From contig NC_043000.1 in NCBI RefSeq assembly GCF_006345805.1, positions 125,488,001-125,552,000 on the forward strand: a DNA stretch of 64,000 nt, in the 5' to 3' direction. Position 1 is the stretch's first letter; the number at the start of each line of letters is the position of its first letter. Below, in pieces: positions 1 to 14,274 of the stretch. The notes under the pieces are model-generated. The model saw only the letters and a program-made list of their open reading frames with translations, made no database searches and was not told where the DNA came from. This stretch comes from Octopus sinensis (lineage: Eukaryota). Position numbers and translations under genes: made by a program.

Positions 1-1964
1 ACAATAGATTGTTATGGCTTCTAACTTTATTCACATCATTGAGTGAAATGTACTTTAAAAAACAACAAAAAAACCCCACCAACAAAAGATGCAGTCTAGC
101 AAATCAGAAACGATCAGTTTATGGTTTTATTTAGGTGTATCTGCTTTTGAGAAAATGCAGTAGTGCTTAGTAACCTGTGCCATGTTAAAACTGAAGATAC
201 TTACTGAGCTGTGTGATTAGGAAGTTGCTTTAGGAAAAAACAGGAAAAAACAAAGAAAGCTACGATGTTTGAGAACGGGTGGTTTAATAGGCTTTCTCTG
301 AGAACGCAAACTATGCTGTGTAGTTGCAGAACTGTTCTCTTCTTCCATTATGCTACCATTCCTCTGCTTGTCTCTCTCTTCTTTCTGCGTATTTCACCTT
401 AGACAATAAACTATTCATTGTTTAGTTTGCATCTCTTCACTCATGTATTATTCATTAATTTATTTATTTTATTTTTCAGTTTTTCTATTTGTTTCAAATC
501 CCATTTGTTAAATTAGAATAGTCTAATGTACGGGTTTTTAAAATAAAGGAAATTGGAAATCTGTAATGATTTGCACTACTTGTCATTCGGCTACTGCATT
601 GCATCACTGAGGAAAAAGAATATAGAATGGAAAAAAATAATAATAATAGAAAAAGAATTCTTTCTTTAAACGTTTTCATCTTTCATGTATTTCCTATTAA
701 AGTTTGAAAATGCTTCTCTAAGGATGTGATGCAAAGACCAATACAATATTACGGGTATAGCTAGAAATTATCACACATATAAATGCCTGTGTGTGTGTGT
801 GCGTGTAGCAATTGAAACTACTACAAATTATAAGGGTGCTATTTCCAAACAGCTATTTTGAGTCCAAAAAAATAAATATGGAGTCTCTCATTATTCTCTG
901 TTCATAAAGGAGAGAAATGACAAGTTGCCTCAAAGGGAATAATTCATTCATATCCATTGTTCTAATAATAGGTTCCATAAATCAAAATTGAACGGGGATC
1001 AATGTTGAAAGATGTTAGCATTTTTATTTTTAAACTGAAGAATTTTACATAAAATGATTTAGGTTTTCTTTCTTCCTCCAGGGCTGACTGGTTTTTACAT
1101 ATATAACATACTTACAGCATAAATTGTTTTTTCTATAAGTTTATGAAAAATTATGCAAACAAATTTATTTATGAAGAGTGTATTGGGTTTAAGAATATGG
1201 AATAAAAAGTGTTTAGAAGGCTGAATCTGTAACAGAAGTTAAAATTCAGTTTTCTATGAATTCTGTAGTCTATCCACATTGCCTAATCTGCTTATATAAG
1301 AAGAAATAATATACTGCATTTGATGGCATATAACATGCATGGACATATTAGACACACCCTAATTTCAGCTGTGCATATTCAGGAAAAATTTTTTAGTGCA
1401 TTTAGGCATGTAATGTTTAAAGCAGCTTTGCATACAAGGAAGGACCTGTGGTGATTTTTTTGACACATTTTTGGGGGATAAAAAGTACATCTTGGAGCTT
1501 AATTTTTTCATTAATATATTTCTTATAATAAAATAATTCAGTGATGGCCAAGTCAGTATAGTACTAACTAACATAGGCTTCAGTATATGACGTCAGTATG
1601 TTAAAACTATTTTATTCTAATTCTCTCATAGTTTTCAGTCCAAGCTGAGCTAATCGTTTGAACATGCAATGTTAACCTGCAGCTATACTGAATTATTGTA
1701 GCACTGTAGGTAGTTGTTTCTATCTGATTACCCACAAACACAGACACAGCTAGAATCCCATCTCTCTCTTTCTCTCTCTCTCTCTCTCCTTCCCTCTTAC
1801 ACACACACACACACCGCTAACCCAATCAACCTATCCAATAAACAATGAAGATGATAATGGAAAACATACACCTACATTGTTTTCTCTCTCAATTCCCACT
1901 TCTACTCACACTGTATTATACCATCCAATTTCTAGTACTTATACAGGTATCAGAAATAGTGCTA

Positions 1965-2135
1965 CAAATGGTTGTATGGTTGAGAAGGTTGCTTCCCAGC
2001 CATGTTATGGGCTATGGGTTCAGTCCCACTGTGCAACAGCTTGGGCAAAGTGTTTTCTGTTATAACCCCAGACCAACCAAAGCTTTAAGAGTAGATTTGG
2101 CTGATGGGAATTGAGAGAAGCCCATCTAATGTGTG
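1965..2135 (+). mobile_element. Degenerate 5' part of tRNA-derived SINE family A
   Basis: Matches the head of the full copy at 15612-16003 (gggttcagtcccactgtg...ttgggcaaagtg...gaccaaccaaagc...gatttgg). Confidence 0.7.
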
Positions 2136-4094
2136 TGCCTGTGACCTTCTCTTCACATCATATGATAGCTCAAAATGAGCAGTACTGTCTTGATGTTTTT
2201 TTTTGTTTTTTTTTAGTCTTCTGTAAAATATCTAGGCATAGGGAATTAATACCTTGCATGGAAATAAGTGAAAGTTGCTTACTTGATGGGAATCCAGCTG
2301 TTGAAAATTTGCTTTGATGAGTTTTGGCCCCAACAAGTTTAGGAAAATAGATGTTAAAATGATGTTGTGGATGATATCTGTTATCAGTTACATATTGGTT
2401 CTTGATTGAATTGATTATATCTTTCTGAAAACTGACCTTGTTCATTTGTAAATAAATAAATAAATAAAATGAAAAACTATTTCTTATAACTGCAAATTTA
2501 ATTTACAATTTAGTTTCAACTTCCAGATGAAACCCTTTCAACTTAAACATCAAAGAAAAGCATAATCATCTCAACACTTCACTTCCTTTGTAATTCTAAA
2601 GCCATGTGCTTATGTAAGAGATGATTGATTTGTAAAGATTAAAGGTTCGAATTTTGACAGGTTAATTTCAGCCCTCTGGTCACCCCTGATTGATCGAAAG
2701 CAGTCCAATGTGACCATGCCATCTCTTTAGGAGGGAATCTAAGATTATATCAACTGATGTGTTCTTCCCATATTAAGCCAGAGTGATATGATTTGAGAAA
2801 GATCTAGTTGCTATTTTTAGCATGTTTAACAACCTAGTGGTTCCATCATTAGCTCCAGTTTTGAGAAGTTGTTGTTTAGGCTGTGATCAGACAAACTTAT
2901 AGTCAAAGGTGTTTGGCTATAACCATCTCTTTCATTTCCTTATTTCTGGTTATAAATATTTTGTTTACATATACAGCCTTTTCCACAACCATTGGAGCAT
3001 GAAGTGCTACTCACAACCGCAGGTCTATGAGATGGTTGTGACTTGTAAACACTTTGCAGTTGGAACCAGGAAGAGAAGTATGAACATGCAGTGTGCATGT
3101 GCACACTGGATTCGTAAACTAGAAGAGAATGTGCTGTTTTTAATTATGCAGATAACAGCATACTTCTGTATCCGTTATCTTAACTTTTCTCTGCATTAAT
3201 GAAGAAAAATTAAGAAAAGCAGGAAAATGAAAAAGTTGTTTATATTGACAAAGGAAATCCCCATTTCTATGCAACTTCCGGAAATGTCAAATGTCAGAAA
3301 ATAACCCGAGAATTAAAGGCTATACAACAAGATGACAATACTATTCTCATAGAGAGAAACAAGGGCAATTATTAAAAATTCATGGAAAAAAAGACTTGAC
3401 TGTCCTTTGAACTCCAGAAGCGACTTCTTAATAAATGTATATCAATTAAAAAAAAATCTATAAAATAATATATTTGTTTATATTTTATGATTTTTGTCCT
3501 GACAAGATATTGGGCACCTAGCACTTGCTAACTACTGTTTCTGTAGTTTCTGCCTTTTTAAATGAACCACTTTGGTTTCCCATCATTCTCTGAAAATAGC
3601 AGACAAATTTTCACCGAGTCCCAGAATCAGAACCAATGTGTCTTTGTGGAGGACTCGTGGAGCAATAAATTTAACAACTACAAACAACCAGAGGATATTG
3701 ATATATTGTATATTATCAGGCAGAGTACCACAATTGACACATTAACTCCATAAACATGTAATATACTCAATTTCTTGCCTATCCATAAACAATTATTCAT
3801 TAAGATGGCAGCAAGTATTAATGATATTCCAACTAAAAATTCATCTGGTGTTGTCCATTTGGCATCCCTCACAGCTGAGGATATTGTTTTTAAATTGAAA
3901 AATTCCAATTCATCTGTTAAATCTGTCAAACCATCAGCAGTTGTTGGATTTGTCACCATTCCCTTATGTCACATTAATGACGATTTTACCAAATCTGGTT
4001 TTCTTAAAACACTGAATTTGAACTTGAACAGCAAAGACTAAACAGCTTATTGTATGACTTAACTAAAATTATTAGAAATTTAAATTCTACATTT

Positions 4095-4231
4095 TGGCGT
4101 TAGGAAGGGCATCCAGCCGTAGAAACACTGCCAGATCAGACTGGGCCTGATGCAGCCTTCTGGCTTCACAGACCCCAGTTGGACCGTCCAACCCATGCTA
4201 GCATGGAAAGCGAATGCTATATGATGATGAT
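4095..4231 (+). mobile_element. 3' module of SINE-like family E, (GAT)n tail, probably RTE-related
   Basis: ggcgttaggaagggcatccagc...ccaacccatgctagcatggaaagc...gatgatga recurs at 20345-20488 and 48722-48865, and in decayed form at 6230-6330 and 9915-10010. Confidence 0.75.
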
Positions 4232-5795
4232 TATTGGGTTCATGGACAGTTTCCTGGCACCAATGTATTGCTAAAGACCATAAAAAGAAACAAAAAAAGG
4301 ATCAGGAAAGGTGCACCATTGAGACACCACTTAAAATATATGTTTAACAAGTTATATGATGGTCTGCATGCAATGTCTGACACCACTCTCACACAGCTTT
4401 GCTGCAATTTTCTTATTTAAGTTTTCCGTTCTATAACTCACTGGGTTGCACCAATATAATTTAAACTAGCCATATCAGGCCTGTTGTATGTTCAAACTAG
4501 CCAGTTCTAGCCTCTTACATCTACCTTACAGTGTCATACTAAAAATAAACCATCACATCATAAAGATCTCAAAGGTACAAAATAATGCAAGATTAATTGA
4601 AATAATGTGAATAAGAAAGTATTACTGTAGTCAAAGTTAAGTTACGTTTAAGGAAGCGGGTGGCCAATTTGGCTACTGCACAGTAAAATCAAAATCCATA
4701 ATATGCCACCACTGTTATATGTAACAGAGCTTCACAGATACCTGTTCAGTCAGGACCAAATTCGAGCTGACAACAACAACAATATGAGCCTTCAGTCCTA
4801 TTACATCCTTAATGGCTAGAATTACTGAACAAAAATGACCACCCTTTCTCACAATATTTAGCTTAAGAAATCTCTAGCAATTTCTGACACATCAAATTAC
4901 ATAGATAGTTTCATTACAAAGGTTGTTTAGATGTAGATAACATTTGATGTTTTATGATGTTTAATTTGTTGATTCGTGTTTCTGAATTCAAATGACCTTG
5001 GGCTTAATATTTCATCCTGTAAACAGTTTGAATATAATGAAGTCAAGTCTTAAGTAAGGGAGTTGGGGTGGAGTGGGGGGGGGGGGCAGGAAAGCATCCA
5101 AAGCTAGAAATCTTGTTTGTGATTTGTTTTTTCATTTTATTTTTCTTAATATAGAATGATAATGTTTATCCTTTAAAAACTTTGATATTGCCAATTGAAG
5201 CAGATCTATTTTTGTATGTTGTTTTTGCTTTTACCTCACTGAAGATCTTGGAAAAGATTCTTTGATCTTGGCCTGAATTGTAACCTTAAATGTAAAGAAC
5301 ATTCTAGGCAATTTTAACTATTTACAAGTTTACAGCTGTTCTTGAATAATATCTAGACAACTCTATGAATATGTATGTGCGTGTGAGTGTGTGAGTGATC
5401 ATTGGAAATGTTTTTTTTTTCTTTAGCTAAGTACTTAGCTTTACTTTACACATTTTTCTGAAATATAAGCAGTAGCTCAAGACATTTTTATTTCCACTAT
5501 ATTTAAATTTTTGTTTCCATGTAACTTGATGGAAAGATAGAAATTAAAGCAAGAATAAATAGATAAATAAATAAATAAAGTGAATCTTTGGCCACCTCTA
5601 TAATCTATACAAAAATATTCTATGGAAGACTTTGGTTGCTTCTAGTATTTAGAATTCTTTTTTATCAAAGATACACTTATTTTCAGTAAGTTAACCTGGC
5701 TTATTTTTTTAGGTGTATTTTTTTCTTATAAGACTATAATTATCTCACCTGGTCTTTCATGCTACTGAAGATGAAAGATGACGATTTTTCCATAG

Positions 5796-5863
5796 GGAGC
5801 CATACTAACGGAAGATGGTAAAATAGCAGATGTTTCCTGGTGTATGAAAGACTATTATACCAG
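5796..5863 (+). other. Candidate 68-nt exon (alternative acceptor at 5713)
   Basis: tgac...tttttccatag acceptor and CAG|gtgaaa donor. One open frame reads GAILTEDGKIADVSWCMKDYYT; no homolog recognised. Confidence 0.25.
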
Positions 5864-7109
5864 GTGAAATATTTACTACTTTCGTTTCTGCCCCCCCCCC
5901 CACACACACTTTACATTTTTGCTAACATGAAAACAGAAAGTATCTTGAGAAAATCTGAATGTGTATTCCTATGACATCCAGTGTACAATTGTCTTCCCAA
6001 CTACCACAGTTTAAATTCTTTCTCAGTTCTCTTCTAATCTTCACACACACATATGTGCACACATGCACACACACACACACACACACAGAGGCAAAGGCAG
6101 GTGTCTTCTACTATAGACTCAGGCCAACCAAAGACTTGTGAGTAAGTTTGGTAGACAGAAACTCTGTGTGTGTGTGTGTACCCTTGTTTTGACATAGGAG
6201 GAATATTACCTTGCTTGGAATCAAGTGAAGGTTGGCAATAGGAAAGGGCATCCAACCACAGAAAATCTCTCTCAACAAATTCCATTTGACCAATGCAAGC
6301 AAGGAGAAGCGGATGCTGAATAGTGATGACTCTACAACATCCGCTAACTAAAAATAGAATCTTCTAAATTCATGCACCCTCAGTGGTTTGTTATAGAATT
6401 GCATATCCCATAAACAGTGTTGATATTGCTTGTAATGTTTCCTTGTTTTTTTCTCTTGTTTCTTCATTCTGCATTAATTTTTTTTAAATGGGAAATTAGG
6501 CTGTTTATCCACTGGTATTTTTATTATGTTTTGGTATTTGTGATAAGAAAAGCAACTTTCATAATCTATGTAAATGCCCTTGGTAGCATTCTGTTAGTGT
6601 TACTGTGATGGATGAAGGAATGTAGCCACTTTTTAAATATTATTTACAAATTTCTTTAGTAATGAGTCCAGTATCAGATCTCATGAGATTGCTCATTTTA
6701 AAGTGTTTTATGAAATGTTGAAATTAAAGTCTTGTTATTTCATAAATGATAGCTTTGTTTTTTGTTTTTCTTTTGTGTTCAAGCATGAACTTAAATGATA
6801 ATGTGCTTTCACTAAACCTCCTCCGAATGCTTTTCAAAAATTAACAAAATCACAAATCTTCTCAGAATAGAGTTAAACCAATATTACTACAGCACCATTA
6901 CTGAAGATAAAGCGAGGCAAATATGTCTGCTGAAATCAGACTTTTGTGACTATTTCTGTCGAAATAAACTTTGTTTCAGTTAATTTTTTAAGATAATCAA
7001 GAATGTAGTGAAATAACTTCATTATTAATTAAGCTGATATCAGGAACTTAAATTAACTTGAAATTCCGACAGGTTTTAATTTATGTCACTTTAAAACAGA
7101 AAGTTTGCA

Positions 7110-7326
7110 TCATTAAACAGGCCATATCTGGCCCAAATATTCTATCTGTTTTTATTTTCAAACCTGCCAGGCCCAGCCTCTCACACCTATCCTACAATGT
7201 CATTCTGGAAATAAACAATTACATTATCAAAATCTCAAAGCTATGTGATAATGCATGATTAATTCAAAACAATCTGAATAAATAAGTATTACATTTGACA
7301 GTGTAATTTGAATGATGAAGGGTTAA
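7110..7326. mobile_element. piggyBac-type MITE fragment (family 2), ends ...AAGGG-TTAA
   Basis: Reverse-complement homologous to 62806-63016; a partial copy lies at ~4465-4625. Confidence 0.6.
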
Positions 7327-9489
7327 TTGACCTCAGGGGATGGTTAGCATTAAAAAGGTTAATCCTACCAGTGGTGTATAGTTTTAAAGCGTTTTATCAT
7401 CACCTGTTCTCTTAAGTTTTATTCTTACCTGTATATATGTGTGTCAACAACTGTATTTTGTGAGTATGTGGGTGTGTATGTGTAAGAAAAGACATTGGTG
7501 AATTTTGATCTGTTAAAGATGTTTATTTTTTAAAGAAATTTACAATAGAATATAATCTCAATTCAACATGCCCCAGAATTGTTATCCATTCTTTTGGTTT
7601 CGCAATGTGTTTTAAAAGCTTTATCTTCTGCAAAGTAAATACATTCTCAATTTTGTTTTGAGAAGGAAAAGGAATTAGCAGCACTTCATAAGTTATCGTT
7701 CAGTGTTAAAGTATTATTAATTCTTCATATTTTCAGCCTTTAGCTTTTATGCTCTCCACAAAACTTGGATAATTAAAGAGCGTTTACTATATTTGATTCT
7801 GTATGACTGCTTTTACTAAGCAGCCACATTAATACCAGACATAGCGTTGTTATATTTCACTGTGTTTGCATGCCACATTTCTTTAAGATTTCTGCTATGA
7901 AATATTTACGAACAGATAACTAAAATAAAATAAAAATGATTACATACTATCTTCTGGTTATAATTTTAATATCTCATCTTGTTAGCTTTTATTTATTTAT
8001 CTTTTTTATTAGCTGTCCTCTTTTGCTGTATTAATTGAGAAATATCTTTTCTTGTCTCTCTGCTTCTTTATGGCAGCAGCAGAACAGTCATGGCTGCTGT
8101 TTACAGCTGTTGAGTACAACTCTTTCTTTTGCTCGCTTCACTTCCAAGTGATCAATATCATATTGTATTGAAATGCCTGCTATGGCTAAGAATAGGTAGC
8201 TTTAATATATTAACAGACTGAATCATATTGGCTATGTTCCATTTAGGATCTAGCCTGTTACTTAATGCTTTTAGCTGGCATCTTGTCTTTAGTGATAAAA
8301 ATTTGTTTTTTACTTTGTTACTTTTATTCGTGTATTTCCTTTCTTTCTTCCCTTGGTTTGCATTACTACTTATAACTTTTAGTAAAATTGAGCTTTGATA
8401 TATTCCATTAGAAATCTCCTTTGTCTCCTTTCGATTTTCTTAGTTTTGGGCATAGACTTACACTTGACCTTCTACTGTTCGTGTTCAACTGTTGTGTATA
8501 CATGTGTGTATACACATGTACATAAAGTATGAGTATATGGAAGTCTTTATCTACAATATTCATATCTGGTGTAGTAGGAATTATATGGACATTGGTTAAT
8601 TCACTCCTGTTTCTAACATGGAATATTCTGCTGCTTGATACCATTCTCACCACCACCCCTTCATTGCTAAATGGTACCCTTCATTTTGCTAAAAGTTTCT
8701 TGGAAGTAGTTTAGCAACTTTTAATACCAGCTGCTGCTTTTTTTCTGTTAATTTTCTTTCCCACTATCAGTCTGATTTTGGTTTTACCATTTTTGTCTCT
8801 TTCTCATTAATCTTATACATTATTTTTTTTTGTTTTTAAATATTTTCTTTTGATTCTTTGTGTTGTAATAAGTCAGAGTAAGTCAGTTGCTTAGACCCGA
8901 ACTTAATGAACAAGAAAGCAGTTTGCCTTTTTATTGGTAAAATGGTTATTGTAGTTTAATCTCAGATGAGATCTGATCTAGCAAACCCAGGCTCGAAGGT
9001 GTTCTAACCATGACCATCCTTTCTTTGTTTAGAGGCACATATCCAATGTGTCCTTCTTTAAAGATGGGAGGGAGTGATACAAAAGATGTTTAGCTGGTCA
9101 TTTGACCGTATAGAGTGTTGATCATTCTTAAGAGGTTATTATGGGTAGTCTGGTCAAGGGGAGGATTTAAAAAATTTTTATTTTATAGGTTGCTAAGGAA
9201 TTTGATAGATTTGCAGAAAGCTGCTTCAATGGAATTATATATGATTTGATAATTGTAATGTCTATACAGAATTATCTTGGTTATAATTACTTATGGAATC
9301 AGATAATTAGGCATTGCTGTTTGGACATTGAATCTGTTTAGGCATCAGTACTTTTGGATGCTGGAGGCCAATATTCACATGTGTATTCAGAAATATACAC
9401 ATACAGACAGAGAGAGAGAGAGGTTACAATTGATTGAGTACGAATTACATTAACACTTTCCTTCTCCTCATACACATAGAGAGAAATAT

Positions 9490-9710
9490 ATTTCCTTATT
9501 GCTCACAGGAGGCTAAACATAGAGGGGACAAACAAGGATTAAGTCGATGGTATCGACCCCAGTGTGTAACTGGTACTTATTAAATTGACTCTGAAAGGAT
9601 GAAAGGTAAAGTCAACCTCAGCAGAATTTGAACTCAGAATGTAACGGCAGACAAAATACCACTCAGCATTTCACCCGGTGTCTTAATGATTCTGTCAGCT
9701 CACTGCCCTC
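9490..9710 (-). mobile_element. SINE family B (Nin/Deu-like central domain)
   Basis: Reverse complement of the 58593-58827 copy; flanked by near-identical agaga(g/a)aaatatatt, TSD-like. Confidence 0.8.
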
Positions 9711-10839
9711 TTAGAGAAAAATATATTGATACACAAAGAGAGACAGAAAGAGAAAACATAAGACATATTAGAATGTCAAATAAACCAGCAGCGAATTGGT
9801 AATAATAGATTGGCAGCACCAAAACATCTCATACCCAATTTCCTATTCCTAGTTTTTCAATATACACAGCGTGCTGGCACCACATATAAAAGCACCCAGT
9901 ACACTCAGTAAAGTGGTTGGCAGTTAGGAAGGGCAGCTCCTGTCAAACCATCCAACTTATGCCAGTGTGGAAAACCAATGTAAAACTGATGTCAAATGAG
10001 GATGATGATTGTGACACAAGATGTTGTTAGATCATATGGCTTTTGATTCTTTATCATCATATCCACATTGCCATAAAGCTATGGGTTTCCATGGTTTTGT
10101 GTGAAGATGATTGTAACACATTCTGAGATTTGAACTCAAGACTTTCTCCTTCAAAGAGTGTAAATTTGCAATGAAGGTTTAGTATGTGTAGGAGACTGGG
10201 TTGTACATTGCTTGCAGGATTCATCATTTCCTGATGGATGTTTTTTTAATATTTTTTTTAATTTTTGAAGTATTTGATAAGAATATTTGTTTGATGTAGA
10301 AATATGATGTTTCATGTTATTGTTATAATCTTTTTGGAATTATTGATGCTGCTAATTGCTCTATATATGGATTTGTTGTATATTTTGTGATTCAGAGTGA
10401 ATCTGAAAGCTTGCCAGAAATTTTTGTTAATTTTTTCTCATGCATTCTTTGACTTTCTAGACATTATTGTGTTCCACTGTAATTATTCCCTTCATCAAAC
10501 AGAACCAACCACTAAAAAGTTAGATACCTAATGTTATTATTGTCTTATTTGTTTGCTTGTTTGATTATTGCTTAATTGTCCACTCTGCTTGATCAAACTA
10601 TAGAAGTTAGAAACATTCACATTTTTACCAATGACTCATCATCATGCAGTGTCCACTTTCCCATGCTTGCATCAATCATGAAATTTTTTGAAGCAATTAC
10701 TCTACAGCCAGATGCCCTCCCTGTTTCTAATCAAAGTAATGCTTCCCCATAGCCAGACATGTTTTTCATGGAAGAAAGGAAACAGTCTTACTTGTTTGAT
10801 GATAATGCCTCTTTACAGCCATCATGTGATGTCTAGACA

Positions 10840-11020
10840 AGAATACACACACATATGTGGCTTCTTTCAGTTTCTGACTACCAAATCCACTCTCAAGGCT
10901 TTGGTCAGCCCAGGGCCATGATAGAAAACACTTCCCTACAATGCCATGCTGTGAGACTTAATCCAAGACCTTAAAGTTGAGAAGCAAGCTTCTTAATTAC
11001 TTAGCCACACCTGTACTTAC
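10840..11020 (-). mobile_element. Degenerate SINE family A
   Basis: cttctttcagtttctgactaccaaatccactctcaaggctttggtc matches the reverse complement of family A. Confidence 0.7.
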
Positions 11021-12049
11021 ATAGTAAAAACAATAGTATTCTATTTTATATTTTGTTCTTCAAAATTTTGCCATTTTCACGAGCTAGGTTTTTCAATATC
11101 TGCTACCCAAATTATGGGTAACTTGGAAAATGAAATTATGGTGTCTGCTCTATCTCTGAGTTTGAAACCTTAAATCAGGAGTGGGGCAGGGGATGTATGC
11201 GTTAATTTTGTTTTGTGTTTGAGTACTACCATAGATCTTACAAGTGGTATTGTCTTCTAAGATTACTGTTTTGTCTTCATTTAACAAAATGGTGTTCATT
11301 GATTTTGTCAATTTTCATCGAAAGTTTTAGATGTATTAATTTTATTTTTCAACCTGTTGTATACTTTCATAATGTGTGTTGTTGGTTTGATACCTTTCTT
11401 GTTTCTCAACAACAATAGCTTATTCTAATAGCTTGTTCGGTTTTGATGATTGTTATTTTTTGTTGTGGTTTCTTTGGCTGTTATGATTGTCATTGAATGT
11501 GTTTGACACTCCCATAGAAAGCTTCTTTTGTGAAGCTTTGTAGAATTGTCTTTAGAAAGATCATTTTAGCTTGTATATCACACTGAAAACAAATTAAGTA
11601 CATAAGAAAATAAAGAAGACAGTTGCACTGCTTAAGCTGTTCTATGTATGGCATTATTCCTAAATCTAAATGTAATATTTGGAAGTATTTGCCTGCAAGT
11701 TTAATGAAACCATGTAGAGTATATGAAATATTCCACTGACACTGTAGTTATCAATAGATTTTTTTTGCTTTGCTTATGATGTTTAAGCAATCTAAAATGA
11801 AGATCATTGTTTGATTGGACTTTCACTTACAACCATTCTCTCTGTTTTTGAGACATGTTTTTTAAAGATTTAAGAGTTAAATGTGTCTCTCCTAGTGAAG
11901 ATACTAGCCTTATTGGAGAACATTTCGGCCACTTTATTAGCTGTTAAATCTACTATATTTTATGAGCTATGCTCTCATGACAGTCCAAGACCAATCTCCA
12001 GATCATTATGAAAATTTGTTGAGGTCTCTTAATTCTTCAAACTCACACT

Positions 12050-12720
12050 TAATCTTAGGTCATTGTCTAAGTGCCATCTCCTCTGATAGCTTTCTCAACA
12101 AGGAGACAGACGCATGTATGAGCAAAAGGTAGCCAGTCACTGGATTGCCTGTAATCACATGTCACAGTACAAAAATGTCACACTGGAAATGAAAATCAAA
12201 ATCTATCAAGCAGTTGTACTGACATTCCTCCTATATGGATGTAAAACCTGGACATTGTACTGAAGCCATCTCAGACAGCCTGAATATTAATTTGGAAATG
12301 TTGGACAGAACTGGTACAGTCAGTGTTAAGACTATGGTGATGAAAACTGAGCTATGTTAGACCAGACTAAACCATCTACCTTGCTTAATACTCTTAGGGT
12401 ATTCCCTAAGAGCCAACAAATGTCTGGTTGCCCCAAAAAGCACAATATCAAGTATATTTTCAATTGTTTGTTCAATCTATACACCAGAACTGGAATCTCA
12501 TGTGGAGGGTGGTTAAATAGTGTATTAGGACTACAAAAAAGAAAATCCTTCTCATCTTGTGAAAACAAAATAAAAAAGGTTCTCAGAGAACTATAGATGC
12601 TAGAGTGTCACAGGCTGACCACTTCATCCATGCAGCTTTCCATTGCCTACAACACTCTGAAGTGTGCATGTTACAGACTACAGTTGCTTACTACATTCAT
12701 ATCCACAATAGACTGTTTTA
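12050..12720 (+). mobile_element. Decayed RTE-clade LINE, C-terminal part of RT ORF
   Basis: Manual translation ...LEMKIKIYQAVVLTFLLYGCKTWTLY*SHLRQ resembles the RTE/BovB motif TKxKVYxAVVLxxLLYGCETWTLY; stops and frameshifts present. Confidence 0.75.
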
Positions 12721-12775
12721 TGAAACAGCATTATTGGCTAATGATGGTCTGCTAATGTTATTATCATTATTACTT

Positions 12776-12990
12776 ACGGTGGCAAGCTGGCAGAGTTGTT
12801 AGCATGCTGGGCAAAATGCTTAATGGCCTTTTGTCTATCTTTACATTCTGAGTTCAAATTCTACCAAAGTTGACTTTACCTTTCATCCTTTTGGGGTCAA
12901 TAAAATAAGTACCAGCTGAGCACTGGGGTCATTGTAGTAAACCCCTCCCTAAAAATTGTTAGCCTTGTTCCAAATTTTGAAACCAATATT
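12776..12990 (+). mobile_element. SINE family B variant
   Basis: gctggcagagttgttagc...ttctgagttcaaattc...cctttcatccttttggggtcaataaaataagtaccag; tail shared with 22955-23170. Confidence 0.8.
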
Positions 12991-14274
12991 GTTAGATCCA
13001 TTAATCGTTGTTATCATGTAAGTTATTTTTTTCTTTTAAATTAAAATTCTAGTTTACCTAGCTGCAATAAAAGAATTGCCTTATAGTTGAAAAAGAGGCA
13101 GCTACATCATAGCATTGAAATGGATACAACATAATGAACATTATTTTGTTAATTTTTCATTATTTCCATTGCTGATTTCTTGCTTTACATTATTACTCTT
13201 CCATTTGTCATCCTTTGTTCTTTGCATTTCTAAGTTATCAAAAATTTAAGAATCTAAAGCAAATGTCTTAAAAATCAATATTTTAAAATATTCTGCAAGT
13301 TAATTTCTTTTTCCTTGCTTATGAAGTTGTAAGGATTCAGGAAAGGAAACTAATGTATGCTTTATTTTTAGGAATTAAACTTAGAATTTAATAATGATCA
13401 CTCATACCCCACTTCAGTATTTTATTGAGCTAGGGTAGGCAGCTAGCGATATTTAAAGACACGCTGATTTAAATACTGAAAACAAAGTCTTTATGAAAAT
13501 ATCTTGAATCAGAAAATAAGCAAGGTTTCTCTCAAAGAGCACCTTAATTTTAGCTGAGATTGATAATTGGTTAATAATTGGACTTCACGTGAATGAATTA
13601 AATTTTCATTACTTCTGTTTTGTTCATCATAAAATATAAAAATATGGTGAGGAAACAAAACCAAAAAAAAAAAAAACTGATTAAATAAACAAATATTTTC
13701 TGTGATTCTTTCGTAGTTTTCTACTAGCACAGGCATTAAAAGCAAATTATAGAAATAAGAATCTTGTATTACTGATAAGGAGAGGTCTTCATTCCATGAA
13801 ATGTCTTTTTGGTTCTTAAAAAAGTCTTTCTCAATGATTAATTGAAAAACTATGTCTTGGAGGTGATAACCTGAGCAATACAATAAACTGGGAGTATAAT
13901 TTGCTCACCTTAATTAGTATACAGGGATTAAGGTACAAACTAAAAGGAAAAGGCTTCAACAAAGAAAATAAAAATTCTATAGAACTTTTGAATATAACTG
14001 TAGAATATGGTATGTCTAAGGTTCTAATAATCAATTCTTTGGCTGGCATTGTCAATAATATATCTTAAAAACTTCTTTCAACAGACATCTTCCTTCATAG
14101 ATATTCTTCCTTAAGTATGTAATCAATATTTCAGAAGTGATGCTAAATATTGATTTAACCTTTGCTTTTGGCCAAGAAATTTTAATCCATGAAGTAAGTT
14201 TCAAGCCAGGATTAAACTGATAAAATGTGTATTCACATTTTTCATTTTATTTATAATATATTCACTGACAATAT

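Noticed and set aside
5058-5090. G-rich run with quadruplex potential
   Set aside because: A simple homopolymer with no supporting context.
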